Assembly (NCBI GenBank): GCA_965202625.1
Contig: CBDBBI010000010.1
Span: 1,632,001 to 1,696,000 of the forward strand
Direction of reading: 5' to 3'
DNA from: a bacterium
Lineage (GTDB): Bacteria; UBA8248
DNA length: 64,000 nucleotides
Below the pieces are notes generated by a model. It was not told the origin of the DNA. It was given only the letters and a program-made list of their open reading frames with translations, and did not search any database. Below, in pieces: positions 28,727-39,100 of this stretch (its first letter is position 1; every line of letters starts with the position of its first letter). Made by a program: the position numbers and the translations under genes.

Positions 28727-29683
28727 TCAGCACGCTCTCGCCAAACAAGTCCTCCACCTCAAGCAGAGCCGGCGTAAGCCCCTGCTGGTGAGCGTAGGAG
28801 ATAAGTTTTCCAGCGTCTTTCTGTTCGCCTGCACGCCGTAGGGCCAGAAATCCGCGCCGAAAATCACCCGCGTCTCGTCCAAGACGGCCGGTAGAAAGGG
28901 AATCATGGCGGACAACGCGCCGTTGTCGTTCAGCGCATCAAGAGCCTTTTTCCTAGCATCGCACATGGCGTGGTAGATGGACTGAAGCGCCCACGGATTG
29001 CGCCTGTAAATCTCTTTCCACAGGACGACGCAGTGCATGATAGGATGAATTTCCGTTCTTTCGTAATATGTCGTTTCTGCGGCCTTGTAGTCGGGGAACA
29101 AACGCTTCACCCGCGGCGAGCCACTCGCAAAGCACGCGGGCACTTGATGTATCAACGTCCCGTCCACGTCGCCGGAGTCTAGCATGTCCGATATCGTCTG
29201 CCCAGGCTTCATATATCGCACGCGCGCGCCAGGGGGCATCTTTATCGGCACGCGCGGCTCCATCGCGGCCACCCAGTCCACCGCTCTCACGTCAAGCCCA
29301 TATTCTTCCGCCAGAATACCCACGATCCACACCACCGCCGTCATCCCCCATTCTCGTATGGCGACGCGCTTTCCGTTGAAGTCCGCCGGCGCATCCACGC
29401 CGGCGTCCACGTTGGCGTAGACCATGGAGTGGCGGAAAACCCGGCTCGGGAAGGCGGGCATCCCCACGAAGGGGCTGCTCCCCCCTCCAAGCAAGAACAA
29501 ATGCGCGCCCATCGACATCTCCGAGAGGTCGAATTCGTGGTATCTGCACATGCGATAGAATATCTCGGAGGGCGGCAGGGAAATGACTCTAAGGTTCACC
29601 CCCTCCGGACGAACGGCCCCCATCTTGAGAATGTTGGTGCGATCATAATCGCCAAACGCCGCAGTCAGATCCAGAGCCGGCAT
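28727..29683 (-). CDS. 4,5-dihydroxyphthalate decarboxylase-like protein; C-terminus frameshifted
   Basis: GDYDRT, EIFYRM..HEFDLSEMS, FPSRVFRHS, PIMH.VV, DFWPYGV.ANR.TL. The family-like tail continues in another frame after the T run at 28806-09. Confidence 0.8.
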   Translation of the reverse strand: MPALDLTAAFGDYDRTNILKMGAVRPEGVNLRVISLPPSEIFYRMCRYHEFDLSEMSMGAHLFLLGGGSSPFVGMPAFPSRVFRHSMVYANVDAGVDAPADFNGKRVAIREWGMTAVVWIVGILAEEYGLDVRAVDWVAAMEPRVPIKMPPGARVRYMKPGQTISDMLDSGDVDGTLIHQVPACFASGSPRVKRLFPDYKAAETTYYERTEIHPIMHCVVLWKEIYRRNPWALQSIYHAMCDARKKALDALNDNGALSAMIPFLPAVLDETRVIFGADFWPYGVQANRKTLENLSPTLTSRGLRRLCLRWRTCLARAC

Positions 29684-29888
29684 GCTCCCCTCCTTCTCCG
29701 CGCCAGTAATCGCGAAAACGCACGTGAAAACTGAGCGCACAATAGATTTCTCATAGTTTTCTCCCTCGGGCAACGAGATGCGTCCCGATAGGGCGTGGAA
29801 AAACCCGAGTTGACCGCTCGCCATCGGCGTGGCATGAAGAACCCACAAAGTCGCGGTGCCCACGTCAAACAACCAAAGAGGATGGTGC

Positions 29889-30932
29889 TTGTCCCAGAAG
29901 ATAAGAATGATCGTATGCGGCTTCGGGCGCGTCGGGCGCGCGTTCGTCAGACTCATCGCTGAGAAATCGGAGTTCATCCACCGCGCCTATGGTCTCGAAC
30001 CCGCAATCGTTGGGGTGGGTGAGTTGGGCGGGAGCCTGTATCACCCCGACGGACTTGACGCCTCAAAGGCGGCGGACGCGTTCGAGAACGAGGGCGGCTT
30101 CTCGGTCCATCCTCACCTGGAGGCCGACTGGCGCGGGCTTCATCTGATCAGGCGCGCACAAGCCGAACTCATGGTGGAGACAACGCCCACGGACGTTCAA
30201 ACGGGCGAGCCCGCCATGAGCCATATCCGCGAGGCGCTCGCAAGGGGGATGCACGTTGTGAGCGCCAACAAGGGGCCCTTCATCCGCGCTCACCGCGCGC
30301 TCAGCCGCCTCGCGCGAGAGAAAAACGGCGCCCTGAAATTCTCAGCCGCCGCCGCCGCTGCCCTTCCGACCTTAGACGTCGCCCAGACGTGCCTGGCGGG
30401 CGCAGAGGTTCTCGCTATCGAGGGTGTGTTAAATGGAACCACGAATTTCATCCTCTCTCGCATGCGAACGAGCGGGCAGAACTACGAGGAGGCACTCGCC
30501 CAGGCACAATCCCTCGGCATCGCAGAGGCCGACCCCACGCTGGACGTGGAGGGATTCGACACGGCGAACAAGCTCGCGCTCATCACCAATATCTCCATGG
30601 ACGCGGATTTGAGGCCGGAGGACATACCACGCGCCGGAATTTCCGGCGTCTCCTTGGCCGAGGTGCGAGACGCGGCGGAGCACGGAAAAATCATCCGGCT
30701 CGTGGGCGTCTCAAAGCGCGATGAGAGCGGGCGCGTCTCGGCTCGGGTCGCGCCCGAGGCGCTCTCACCCGAGCACCCCCTGGCGGGCGTGGACGGAGCG
30801 GAGAAAGGAATCACCTACACGACGGACACGATGGCTCGCGTCACCGTGGCGGGCGGCAAGAGCGACCCGCGCGGGGCGGCCGCTGCGATCCTCAAGGATA
30901 TCATCAACATCTATCGTCATTCATTATCCTGA
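29889..30932 (+). CDS. hom: Homoserine dehydrogenase (short form, no ACT domain)
   Basis: GFGRVG, HVVSANKGP, GVLNGTTNFIL, GIAEADPTLDVEGFDTANK. Confidence 0.88.
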   Translation: MSQKIRMIVCGFGRVGRAFVRLIAEKSEFIHRAYGLEPAIVGVGELGGSLYHPDGLDASKAADAFENEGGFSVHPHLEADWRGLHLIRRAQAELMVETTPTDVQTGEPAMSHIREALARGMHVVSANKGPFIRAHRALSRLAREKNGALKFSAAAAAALPTLDVAQTCLAGAEVLAIEGVLNGTTNFILSRMRTSGQNYEEALAQAQSLGIAEADPTLDVEGFDTANKLALITNISMDADLRPEDIPRAGISGVSLAEVRDAAEHGKIIRLVGVSKRDESGRVSARVAPEALSPEHPLAGVDGAEKGITYTTDTMARVTVAGGKSDPRGAAAAILKDIINIYRHSLS

Positions 30933-30949
30933 AGCCGGAGATTCTCCCC

Positions 30950-32551
30950 ATGAACAACGCGGACCTGATCGTCAAAACCATGAAGGAAGCGGGCGTCACG
31001 CACTGCTTCGGCATTCCGAGCGGAAACGTCCTGCCCATGCTCGAGGCCATGCGAAAGGGAGGACTGGAGTTCGTTCTCACCGCGCATGAGGGCTCGGCGA
31101 GCTTCGCCGCCGACGTGATGGGCCGCCTCACCGGCGCCCCTGGATTTTGCATCGCCACCCTCGGTCCCGGCGCCACCAACCTCACGACCGGAGTCGGTGA
31201 CGCCTACCTCGACCGCTCCCCACTGATCGCCCTCACCTGCAACCTCCACACGCATCAGATCGGACGCCGCATCCAAATGTACATCGATCACCACGCCCTC
31301 TATCGGCCCATCGCCAAGGCGAGCCTTCCGCTCAGAAGAGGCCGCGTCGCCCCCGTTCTGGAGGAGGCACTGGGCATCGCTCTGAGCGAGCCCTGCGGCC
31401 CCGTTCACCTGGACCTGCCGGAGGATGTCTCTCTGGCACCCTCTACGGAAGATCCCCCCCCCTCCCCTCGGGAGAAGCGCCTGCGGCCTGCGCGGGAGGA
31501 GGCGTTTCAAAAGCTGGAAACCCTCCTGCGAAGCGCCAAACGGCCGGTTGCCGTTCTTGGCGCGAACACTATGAGGATGGAGAACCCGGGGCTCTTGCGC
31601 GCTTTCATCGACAAACACCAGCTCCCTTTCGCCACAACTACCATGGCGAAAGGCATGATCGATGAGGATCATCCCCTCTCTGTTGGTTGCATCGAGCGCG
31701 GAAAACGTCAGATGCAGCGATCGTTTTTGAGAAGCGCCGACCTGATCCTCGGAATCGGCTACGACGTGGTCGAGGTGGAATACGAGCAATGGATAAACGA
31801 CGTCCCTCTCTCCAGCGTCGATATCGATCCGGTGGACGCAGATTCCTCCGTCCACGTCGCGCATGAAGTGATCGGCGACCTAGACGCCGCCTTGAGGAGA
31901 ATGAGCGACTTCGCCCCAAGCGGACACGAATGGCCCGCGGATGCTGCCTTGAGACAAAAGGAAAAATTCCAAAAGGCATTGCGTCCCGAGACGCCCCATT
32001 TCGCGGCCCACCAAGCGATTGACGTAGTGCGCGAGGCGACCCCCCGGGAGGGAATACTCTCTTTCGACGTCGGGGCGCACACGCATCAGATCTCCAGTCA
32101 GTGGAACGTGCATGAGCCGCGCACCTTCTTGATCACGAACGGGTGGTCCTCAATGGGCTTTGGACTGCCGGGCGCCATCGCGGCGAAGCTCGCACATCCT
32201 GACAAACCCGTCGTCGCCCTCATCGGGGACGGCTGTTTTCAGATGACGTGCGGCGAGGTGGCCACCGCCAAGAGAATGGGACTCGCCATCCCCATCGTCG
32301 TCCTGGACGACCGCTGGCTCTCGCTCATCCAGGTCAAGCAGGACAGACGGGCCTACGGCCGCTATGGAACCGAGCTCCAGGCCGAGGAATACCAGGCACC
32401 CCCTGCCCATTATTTCGGCGTCCCCGCAGTGGGCGCGCGAACGCCTGAGGAGTTGAGAAGCGCGCTCGTCCGTGCCTTCGACTCAGGGGGCCCCACCGTC
32501 ATCGAGGCGGTGGTGGATTCGGCACACTACGACGAGACGGTGTTCGATTAG
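30950..32551 (+). CDS. Thiamine-diphosphate-dependent enzyme (acetolactate synthase-like family)
   Basis: FGIPSG, HEG (catalytic Glu), TLGPGATN, GPVHLDLPED, SMGFGLPGA, GDG ThDP motif. Confidence 0.9.
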   Translation: MNNADLIVKTMKEAGVTHCFGIPSGNVLPMLEAMRKGGLEFVLTAHEGSASFAADVMGRLTGAPGFCIATLGPGATNLTTGVGDAYLDRSPLIALTCNLHTHQIGRRIQMYIDHHALYRPIAKASLPLRRGRVAPVLEEALGIALSEPCGPVHLDLPEDVSLAPSTEDPPPSPREKRLRPAREEAFQKLETLLRSAKRPVAVLGANTMRMENPGLLRAFIDKHQLPFATTTMAKGMIDEDHPLSVGCIERGKRQMQRSFLRSADLILGIGYDVVEVEYEQWINDVPLSSVDIDPVDADSSVHVAHEVIGDLDAALRRMSDFAPSGHEWPADAALRQKEKFQKALRPETPHFAAHQAIDVVREATPREGILSFDVGAHTHQISSQWNVHEPRTFLITNGWSSMGFGLPGAIAAKLAHPDKPVVALIGDGCFQMTCGEVATAKRMGLAIPIVVLDDRWLSLIQVKQDRRAYGRYGTELQAEEYQAPPAHYFGVPAVGARTPEELRSALVRAFDSGGPTVIEAVVDSAHYDETVFD

Positions 32552-32974
32552 AAAATTTCGCGCGAACCGGGCGGCTTGCGGACCGGAAGGGATGAGAAAT
32601 ATCTTTCTCTCATGGTAGGCGTGGCGATTTTGCCGATCGCGAAGAAGGATGTTTTGACGACAAATTGCGCCATGCGCGCTCCCTGAAGGTTGGCGTCCAA
32701 GAGGATGCGCCCGCTCAGGTTCGTTCAGACGAGGTCTTCCCCCTCAAGAGCGAGGGGTTCACCCCTTTGGTCGGCCTCCTCGAAAAACTTCCAAGTCCAG
32801 ATTGACAAGCATTGGACGGGAAGCCTAAAAATAAAATCGTACGCAGAAATTTTGGATATAAGGGAGATATTCTCTTCCTAGCCATCGCCGCTCGGGAAGA
32901 ACCCGGAAACCGCCACAACCTACCTGGCGAAAATAAAAAATGCGTTTCGCCGATACAATCGACAGGAGAATTTC

Positions 32975-34756
32975 ATGAAGCCTCAGAAAGTGGGCGTGGT
33001 CGGCTTAGGAACGATGGGGTCGAACATCGCCATCGTATGCGCCCGAGGCGGCAAGGAGACGTTCGTCTTCGAGGCTGACGAAGCGGCGCTGGCGTCCGGT
33101 ATGGGCCGCATCAGATCATTCCTTGACGCAGGGGTGCAGAAGGGAAAAACCTCCATGGATGAGAGAGACGCGATCCTCCGTCGGATTCAGGCGGCGGGTG
33201 CGCTCTCCGGAATGGCCGGCTGTGATTTGGTGATCGAGGCCATCACAGAAGACCAGGCAGAGAAGAACAGGCTGTTTCGGCGCCTGGACGCCATTCTGGA
33301 TGAGGACGCCATCATCGCATCCAACACGAGCACGCTCTCCATCACGAACATGGGCGCGGCGTCCGGCAGACCGGCCAAGACCATCGGCACGCATTTCTGC
33401 CTTCCCGCCGCGCTCAACAAACTCGTGGAAGTCGCCCCCGGTCTCTTGACGAGCGATGAAACCACAAGCGCGACGATGGCCTTTCTGGAAGAAGTCGGCC
33501 AGACACCCGTCAAGGTCAAGGATTGGCCCGGCTTCGTACTCAACTATTTTCTGGTGGCGTTTCAAAACGATTGCATCCGCCTGGTCGAATCGGGCTACGC
33601 CACTCCGGCGGACCTGGACGCGGGCGTCCGACTCGGTCTGGGCTACAAGATGGGGCCGATGCGCCTGCTCGACATCGAGGGACTCGATATCCACCGAACG
33701 GTTTCTCTCTCACTGTATGAGCAGATCAAAGATCCCAGATACGTTCCTCCGCCCCTGGTGGATCGTATGATCGACGCCGGTCACCTGGGCGCCAAAACGG
33801 GCAAGGGATTTTACGCGTATAAATCTGCGGGCGTTTTCGGCGTGGTCGAGATGGAAGAGGACGCGGGCCGTGAGCGCGACGTCTCCGAAGGTCAACCCCT
33901 CGCAGATGCGGTAAAAAAAGTCGGCGTAGTCGGAGTCGGTGCGATGGGATCAGGCATCGCGCAGGTCTGCGCGGCCTCCGGCCTGGAAGTCGTCGCCGTC
34001 GAGGTGAACCCGAACGCGCTCGAAGCCGGGCTGAACCGAATACAGGGAAACCTTGAGGGCGCGGTGAAGCGCGGCAAAATGGATGAGAATCAAAAACAGG
34101 AGACGCTCGCTCGCCTCAGCGGATCGACCGACCTGGACACGCTTGCGGAGTGCGACCTCATCATCGAAGTGATCGTGGAGAACCTCGACGCCAAGCTCGC
34201 CCTGTTCGAGAAACTCGGGAAAATCGCCAAGGAGGGGGCCATCATCGCGTCCAATACCTCCTGTCTGTCCGTGACCTCCATGGCCGCCAGAACTCCGCAC
34301 CCGGAAAGGGTGCTCGGTCTCCACTTCTTCAACCCTCCCTACGCCATGCGGCTCGTCGAGGTGGTCGAGGCCGTTCAGACGGCCCCGGAGATCACGCAGT
34401 TCGGCCTCGCGTTTTGCGAGCGAATCGGCAAGACTCCGATTCCCGTCAAGGACCGGCCCGGCTTTTTGGTGAACCGTCTGCTCGTGCCCTATCTGAACCA
34501 CGCCGCCCAGGCATTCGACGACGGCCTGGCGGAGAGCGAAAGCATGGACAAGGCCATCAGCATGGGTCTCGGCCACCCGATGGGGCCGCTGACGCTCATC
34601 GACCTGGTGGGCGTGGACGTCCAGACCTTCGTCGCCAACTCTATGGGCGAGGAACTGGGCGAGGCCAGGTTTTACGCTCCGCCCATCCTGCGTCGAATGA
34701 CCGCGGCGGGATGGCTGGGAAGAAAAACGGGCAAGGGCTTCTATCCCTACGCCTAA
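32975..34756 (+). CDS. Tandem-fused double 3-hydroxyacyl-CoA dehydrogenase
   Basis: Two complete modules, each KVGVVG.G.MG ... IASNTS ... HF..P ... MGP..L.D ... KTGKGFY.Y. Confidence 0.92.
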   Translation: MKPQKVGVVGLGTMGSNIAIVCARGGKETFVFEADEAALASGMGRIRSFLDAGVQKGKTSMDERDAILRRIQAAGALSGMAGCDLVIEAITEDQAEKNRLFRRLDAILDEDAIIASNTSTLSITNMGAASGRPAKTIGTHFCLPAALNKLVEVAPGLLTSDETTSATMAFLEEVGQTPVKVKDWPGFVLNYFLVAFQNDCIRLVESGYATPADLDAGVRLGLGYKMGPMRLLDIEGLDIHRTVSLSLYEQIKDPRYVPPPLVDRMIDAGHLGAKTGKGFYAYKSAGVFGVVEMEEDAGRERDVSEGQPLADAVKKVGVVGVGAMGSGIAQVCAASGLEVVAVEVNPNALEAGLNRIQGNLEGAVKRGKMDENQKQETLARLSGSTDLDTLAECDLIIEVIVENLDAKLALFEKLGKIAKEGAIIASNTSCLSVTSMAARTPHPERVLGLHFFNPPYAMRLVEVVEAVQTAPEITQFGLAFCERIGKTPIPVKDRPGFLVNRLLVPYLNHAAQAFDDGLAESESMDKAISMGLGHPMGPLTLIDLVGVDVQTFVANSMGEELGEARFYAPPILRRMTAAGWLGRKTGKGFYPYA

Positions 34757-34860
34757 ACCCCGCGCGCCGGATTCATGATGCGCGCCATGCCCCTATCCCA
34801 ATGCGCTCCCTACCCCGAATGGCCGGCGGGTGCGCAACGCGCGGGAGAACGACGTTGAGC

Positions 34861-35820
34861 ATGGCGTTTCCAAGACCCATCGTCGTGGCGAGCCAGTGTC
34901 TGGAGTTGGACGCCTGCCGCTACGACGGGCGGAGGGTCCCGCTCCCCTTCATTGAGCGTCTAAAACCTTTCGTCCGACTCATACCGGTTTGTCCTGAAGT
35001 GGAAATTGGGCTGGGTACGCCTCGGGAGCCGATAAGAATCCATTTCGACGGACGGCGCAAAACCCTCTACCAGCCCCGGACGAGGAGACGCCTCACGCGC
35101 GCGATGAACGCCTTCTCCGAGCGCTTTTTGGGAGAGCTGAAAGAGGTCGACGGGTTCATCCTCAAGAGCAAATCCCCCTCTTGCGCGCTCACGGACGCGA
35201 ATATCTTTTCCGTCCCCGCATCGGACACTCAAGTCGTTATGGGTGCGGGCCTGTTCGCGGACAGGGTGCTCGAGAAATTCTGCGACCGTGCGATGGTGGA
35301 CGAGGCGCGGCTGAACGAGCCGGTGAGTCGCGCGCATTTCCTCACGAAGATTTTCACGCTCGCCGGCTTTCGCCAGGTCAAAAGAGAAGGGGGCGACGCC
35401 TGCCTCATGCGCTTCCACGCGCGAAACAAGCTCCTGTTCATGGCTTACGATCAGGCGGTCATGCGCGCCATGGGACGGACGGCGGCGAACCGGGAGCGGT
35501 ACGCGTTCGGCGCGGTGCTCTCCTCCTATGAAGACGCGCTCTCACGACTCCTCTCGCACCCGCCCACCCGCGCCTCGAACGTGAACGCCATCACGCACGC
35601 CATGGGACACGTTTCCAAAAAAATCGCTTCAGGAGAGAAGGAGCGCTTTCTGGAAACGCTGACGGAATACCGCGCGGGGAAAACCGCGCTGGACGCCGCG
35701 TTCGACGCCCTGCAGGACTGGACGACGCGCTTCGGCTCGCCTTATCTCAAGGGGCAAACCCTCTTCATGCCTTATCCGCGCGCCCTGTGCGATGCCGCGG
35801 AGCCGGGCGATACGCCGTAA
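34861..35820 (+). CDS. DUF523 (2-thiouracil desulfurase-like) + DUF1722 protein (YbgA family)
   Basis: SQCL...CRYDG, VCPEVEIGLGTPR, LKSKSPSC, G.GLFA, FHA.NK..MAY, YL.GQT...PYP. Confidence 0.88.
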   Translation: MAFPRPIVVASQCLELDACRYDGRRVPLPFIERLKPFVRLIPVCPEVEIGLGTPREPIRIHFDGRRKTLYQPRTRRRLTRAMNAFSERFLGELKEVDGFILKSKSPSCALTDANIFSVPASDTQVVMGAGLFADRVLEKFCDRAMVDEARLNEPVSRAHFLTKIFTLAGFRQVKREGGDACLMRFHARNKLLFMAYDQAVMRAMGRTAANRERYAFGAVLSSYEDALSRLLSHPPTRASNVNAITHAMGHVSKKIASGEKERFLETLTEYRAGKTALDAAFDALQDWTTRFGSPYLKGQTLFMPYPRALCDAAEPGDTP

Positions 35821-36131
35821 CGGGGCGAAGGCGCGAACGCGCCCACGCGGAACCATCGACCACATTTCAGGAGCGGGTGCTTACAGAAAAGGCGCGCTTC
35901 CGCCCTGTTCCGAAGACAACCTTGCCGCCCGCACCACGAATTGGTTATCTTACCCTTCATGCGAACGGGTGCGCAATTTTCCGAAACAGCGATCATGACG
36001 CTGGTCGGCTTTAAGGCGGCGGCGCGGCACAATGGGGGGCTACGCGACGATGCGGCCGCCCTGTCGCTGGAGAAAACCAAAATCGAAACCGCGGACGCCA
36101 AGGGAGTCGAGATTTGCCAGAAGTCAACGAC

Positions 36132-39100
36132 ATGATCGATACGGCGACCGAGCAGGAAGAGACGAGGGACGTGTCCCTGATTTCAGAAACGCGCGGGCGA
36201 GTCAACTTCGCCTCCGCACAGAACGACGTTCGGATCATACGCCGACTCGCAATCCGCAACTCGACCAAGGAGACACTCACCGGCGCGCGCGTCACGCTCC
36301 GCGCCACACCACCCATCATCCGTGAGAAAACCTGGCATCTCGATCGCATCCAACCAGGAGAGGAGAGAGAGGTTCACGACACCTCTACCCCGCTCGACAT
36401 TGAACGCTTGGCGGGTCTTGACGAAGCGGAAATCGGAGAGCTCCATTTCCGCGTCGAGGCTGATGGGATTGAAACCATCGTCGAGACAATCCGTATCGAG
36501 CTGCTTGCGCGCGACGAATGGGGCGGCGTGGGCGAAATGGATCAAATTCTCGCGGCCTTCGTCTCTCCGAACGACCCAGCGGTTGCACGCGTCTTGCAAG
36601 AGGCCGCGCGTCTGCTGGAAGCCGAGGGGCACCACGGCGCAATGGAAGGCTACCAGTCGGGGGATCCGCGCCGTGTATACATGATCGCAAGCGCAATCTG
36701 GTCGGCGGCCACCGGACTGGGGCTGATTTATAGCGTGCCGCCCGCCTCGTTCGAACAAAAGGGGCAAAAGGTTCGGAGCCCCGCGCGCATCACAGGAGAG
36801 CGTCTCGCCACCTGTCTCGACCTCGCGCTCTTTCTCGCCGCCGCCTTCGAAGCCGCCGGCCTCCGCCCCGCCGTTCTTTTCTCCCAAGGCCACGCATGGG
36901 TGGGGGTTTGGATCCTCAAGAAGGATTTCGGCCAGGCAACGGAGCCCGACCCCGTCCAAATACGCAATGCTGTATCGGCGCGCGAGTTCTTTCCCATGGA
37001 AACGACGCTGCTGACCGAACGCCCCCCGGTCGGTTTCAAACACGCCGTCGATGAGGGCAGTCGCCGGCTGTCGGAGGCGCGCGAGCACGAGTTCATCATG
37101 GCTGTGGACATCGCGCGGTGCCGCGCCGCAGGAATTCGCCCACTTGCGAACCACAACGCACCGGAGGAGGCAAACGCCGCGCCGGCGGATGAGGTTGTGG
37201 CCGCGGCGTTGCCGCAGACGCCGGATTCCGGCCAGCTCCCGGCGGAGGAGCGCGAGGAGACGCCCGCAACGCCTGAGGGCCGCATCGACCGCTGGCAGCG
37301 GAAGCTCCTCGACTTGTCGCTGCGCAACCGCCTCTTGAACTATCGCGACACCAAGCAGACGCTGCCATTTCGCTGTCCGGACGTAGCGCATCTCGAAGAT
37401 GCGCTTTTTGCCGGAAGAAAGTTTCGCGGACTATCCCTGGTGGACGAAAATCTGTTCGGCGAACGGACAGTCTCGCCCGAGAAGAAACAACGGATAGAGG
37501 AGCAGTTCGCTCGCGACGCCTTCGAGCACAATCAGGTTGTGGTGCCGCTCACCCGCGAGGAAATGAACAGACGCTTTCTGACGCTATACCGCCGCGCCAG
37601 GAGCGACTTGGCGGAGGGCGGCACGAACACGCTCTTTCTCGCCGCGGGCTTCCTGCGCTGGAAGATTGAAGGGGACACGCGCATCTACCGCGCCCCGCTT
37701 CTTCTCATTCCGGTCAAGCTGGAGCGCCAGGCGGTGCAAGCGAATTTCCGAATCGCGCAGCACGAGGACGACGTGCGGATGAACTCCACCCTGCTTGAGC
37801 GCCTGAAGCAAGACTTCGCTCTTCGAATACCTGAACTCGAGGGTGAACTGCCACGCGACGACAGCGGCATCGACGTGCAGCGTATCTTCGAGACCATGCG
37901 TCAGAAGGTGCGCGACGTCGCAGGTTTCGAGATCGTCGAGGAGCTTGCGCTCTCGACCTTTTCCTTTGCCAAATATCTGATGTGGAAAGACCTCGTCGAC
38001 CGGACCAACCAGATGAGGGAAAACCGGCTGGTACGGCATCTGATCGATGGGACTGAAGAGGCATACGAGAGGGGGTACGAGAACGTTCTGACGGCGCCGC
38101 AGGAGATAGACCACCACTTCGCACCGCGGGATCTCTTGACGCCACTGCCTGCGGACAGCTCGCAACTCGCCGCGGTGATCGCGGCTTCCGAAGGCCGCGA
38201 TTTCGTCCTTATCGGCCCACCGGGAACCGGCAAGAGCCAGACCATCGCCAACATCATCGCGCAGTCTCTCGGCAAGGGAAAAACCGTGCTGTTCGTCGCT
38301 GAAAAGGCGGCGGCGCTTGACGTAGTGCATCGTCGCCTCGTGGCGAATGGACTCGGAGACGCCGTGCTTGAGCTCCACTCGAACAAGGCGGAGCGAAGGT
38401 CCGTCATTGCGCAACTTGGCAAAGGTTGGGATCGCACAGTTGACGCCACGGAGGAGCAATGGATCGAGGTCACCGACCAACTAAAGCTCTCCCGGGATCA
38501 GCTAAACGCCTATGTCGAGGCGCTGCACGCCAAAGGTGCGCAGGGTTTCAGCGTTTTCGACGCCGTGGGCCGCGTCGTTGGAGGCGAGGCGCCTTTCCAA
38601 ATCTCCTACGCCGCGGAAGATGCGCACGACAAGGAGAGCTACGACCGCCTTGTGATTCTTGCCGCCGAACTGGGCCGGATATATGGCGCGGCGCACAAGG
38701 GATCTCCCCTGTCGCTGATCCGCATGGAGGAGTGGTCCAACGCGGGGCAGCAGCAGATTCTGGAGGCGGCCGATGCGTTCCGCGCGTCGCTGACAGATTT
38801 GCAGCGCGCGGAGAGCAGCCTCGCCCGTGAACTCGGTCTTCGCACCGACCCTTCTCTCGGGGCAGGACGCCGCACACGTCTCAAAGCACTCGCGCCTCGC
38901 ATGGAGCAGGGCGCACTCGATCTCTCACGCGTCCCGAACGTGTCGCCAGAGCATATTACCGCTTTGGCGAAAAATTTTGCGGAGAACGTGCAGGCACTCA
39001 ACGCCGCAAAGTCAGAGACGGCGGCTTCCTATGCGCTCGCCGTGGTGCGCCGCATGCCGCTGTTGCATCTCGACGTCGATTGGTGCGAGGCGCAGACGAA

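Noticed and set aside
32552-32974. Long intergenic gaps (also 35821-36131, 55515-55698, 61864-62194) as ncRNA or small genes
   Set aside because: No recognisable motif or convincing structure found by eye; left unannotated.
34150-34860. 5' extension of the 556-aa ORF overlapping the dehydrogenase gene
   Set aside because: Arg/Gly/Pro-rich off-frame sequence; DUF523 similarity starts only at ATG 34861.
35842-35849. CCCACGCG match to the tRNA-Sec 3' region upstream of the Hhe-like gene (possible att site)
   Set aside because: Only 8 bp in GC-rich DNA, and no integrase is present.
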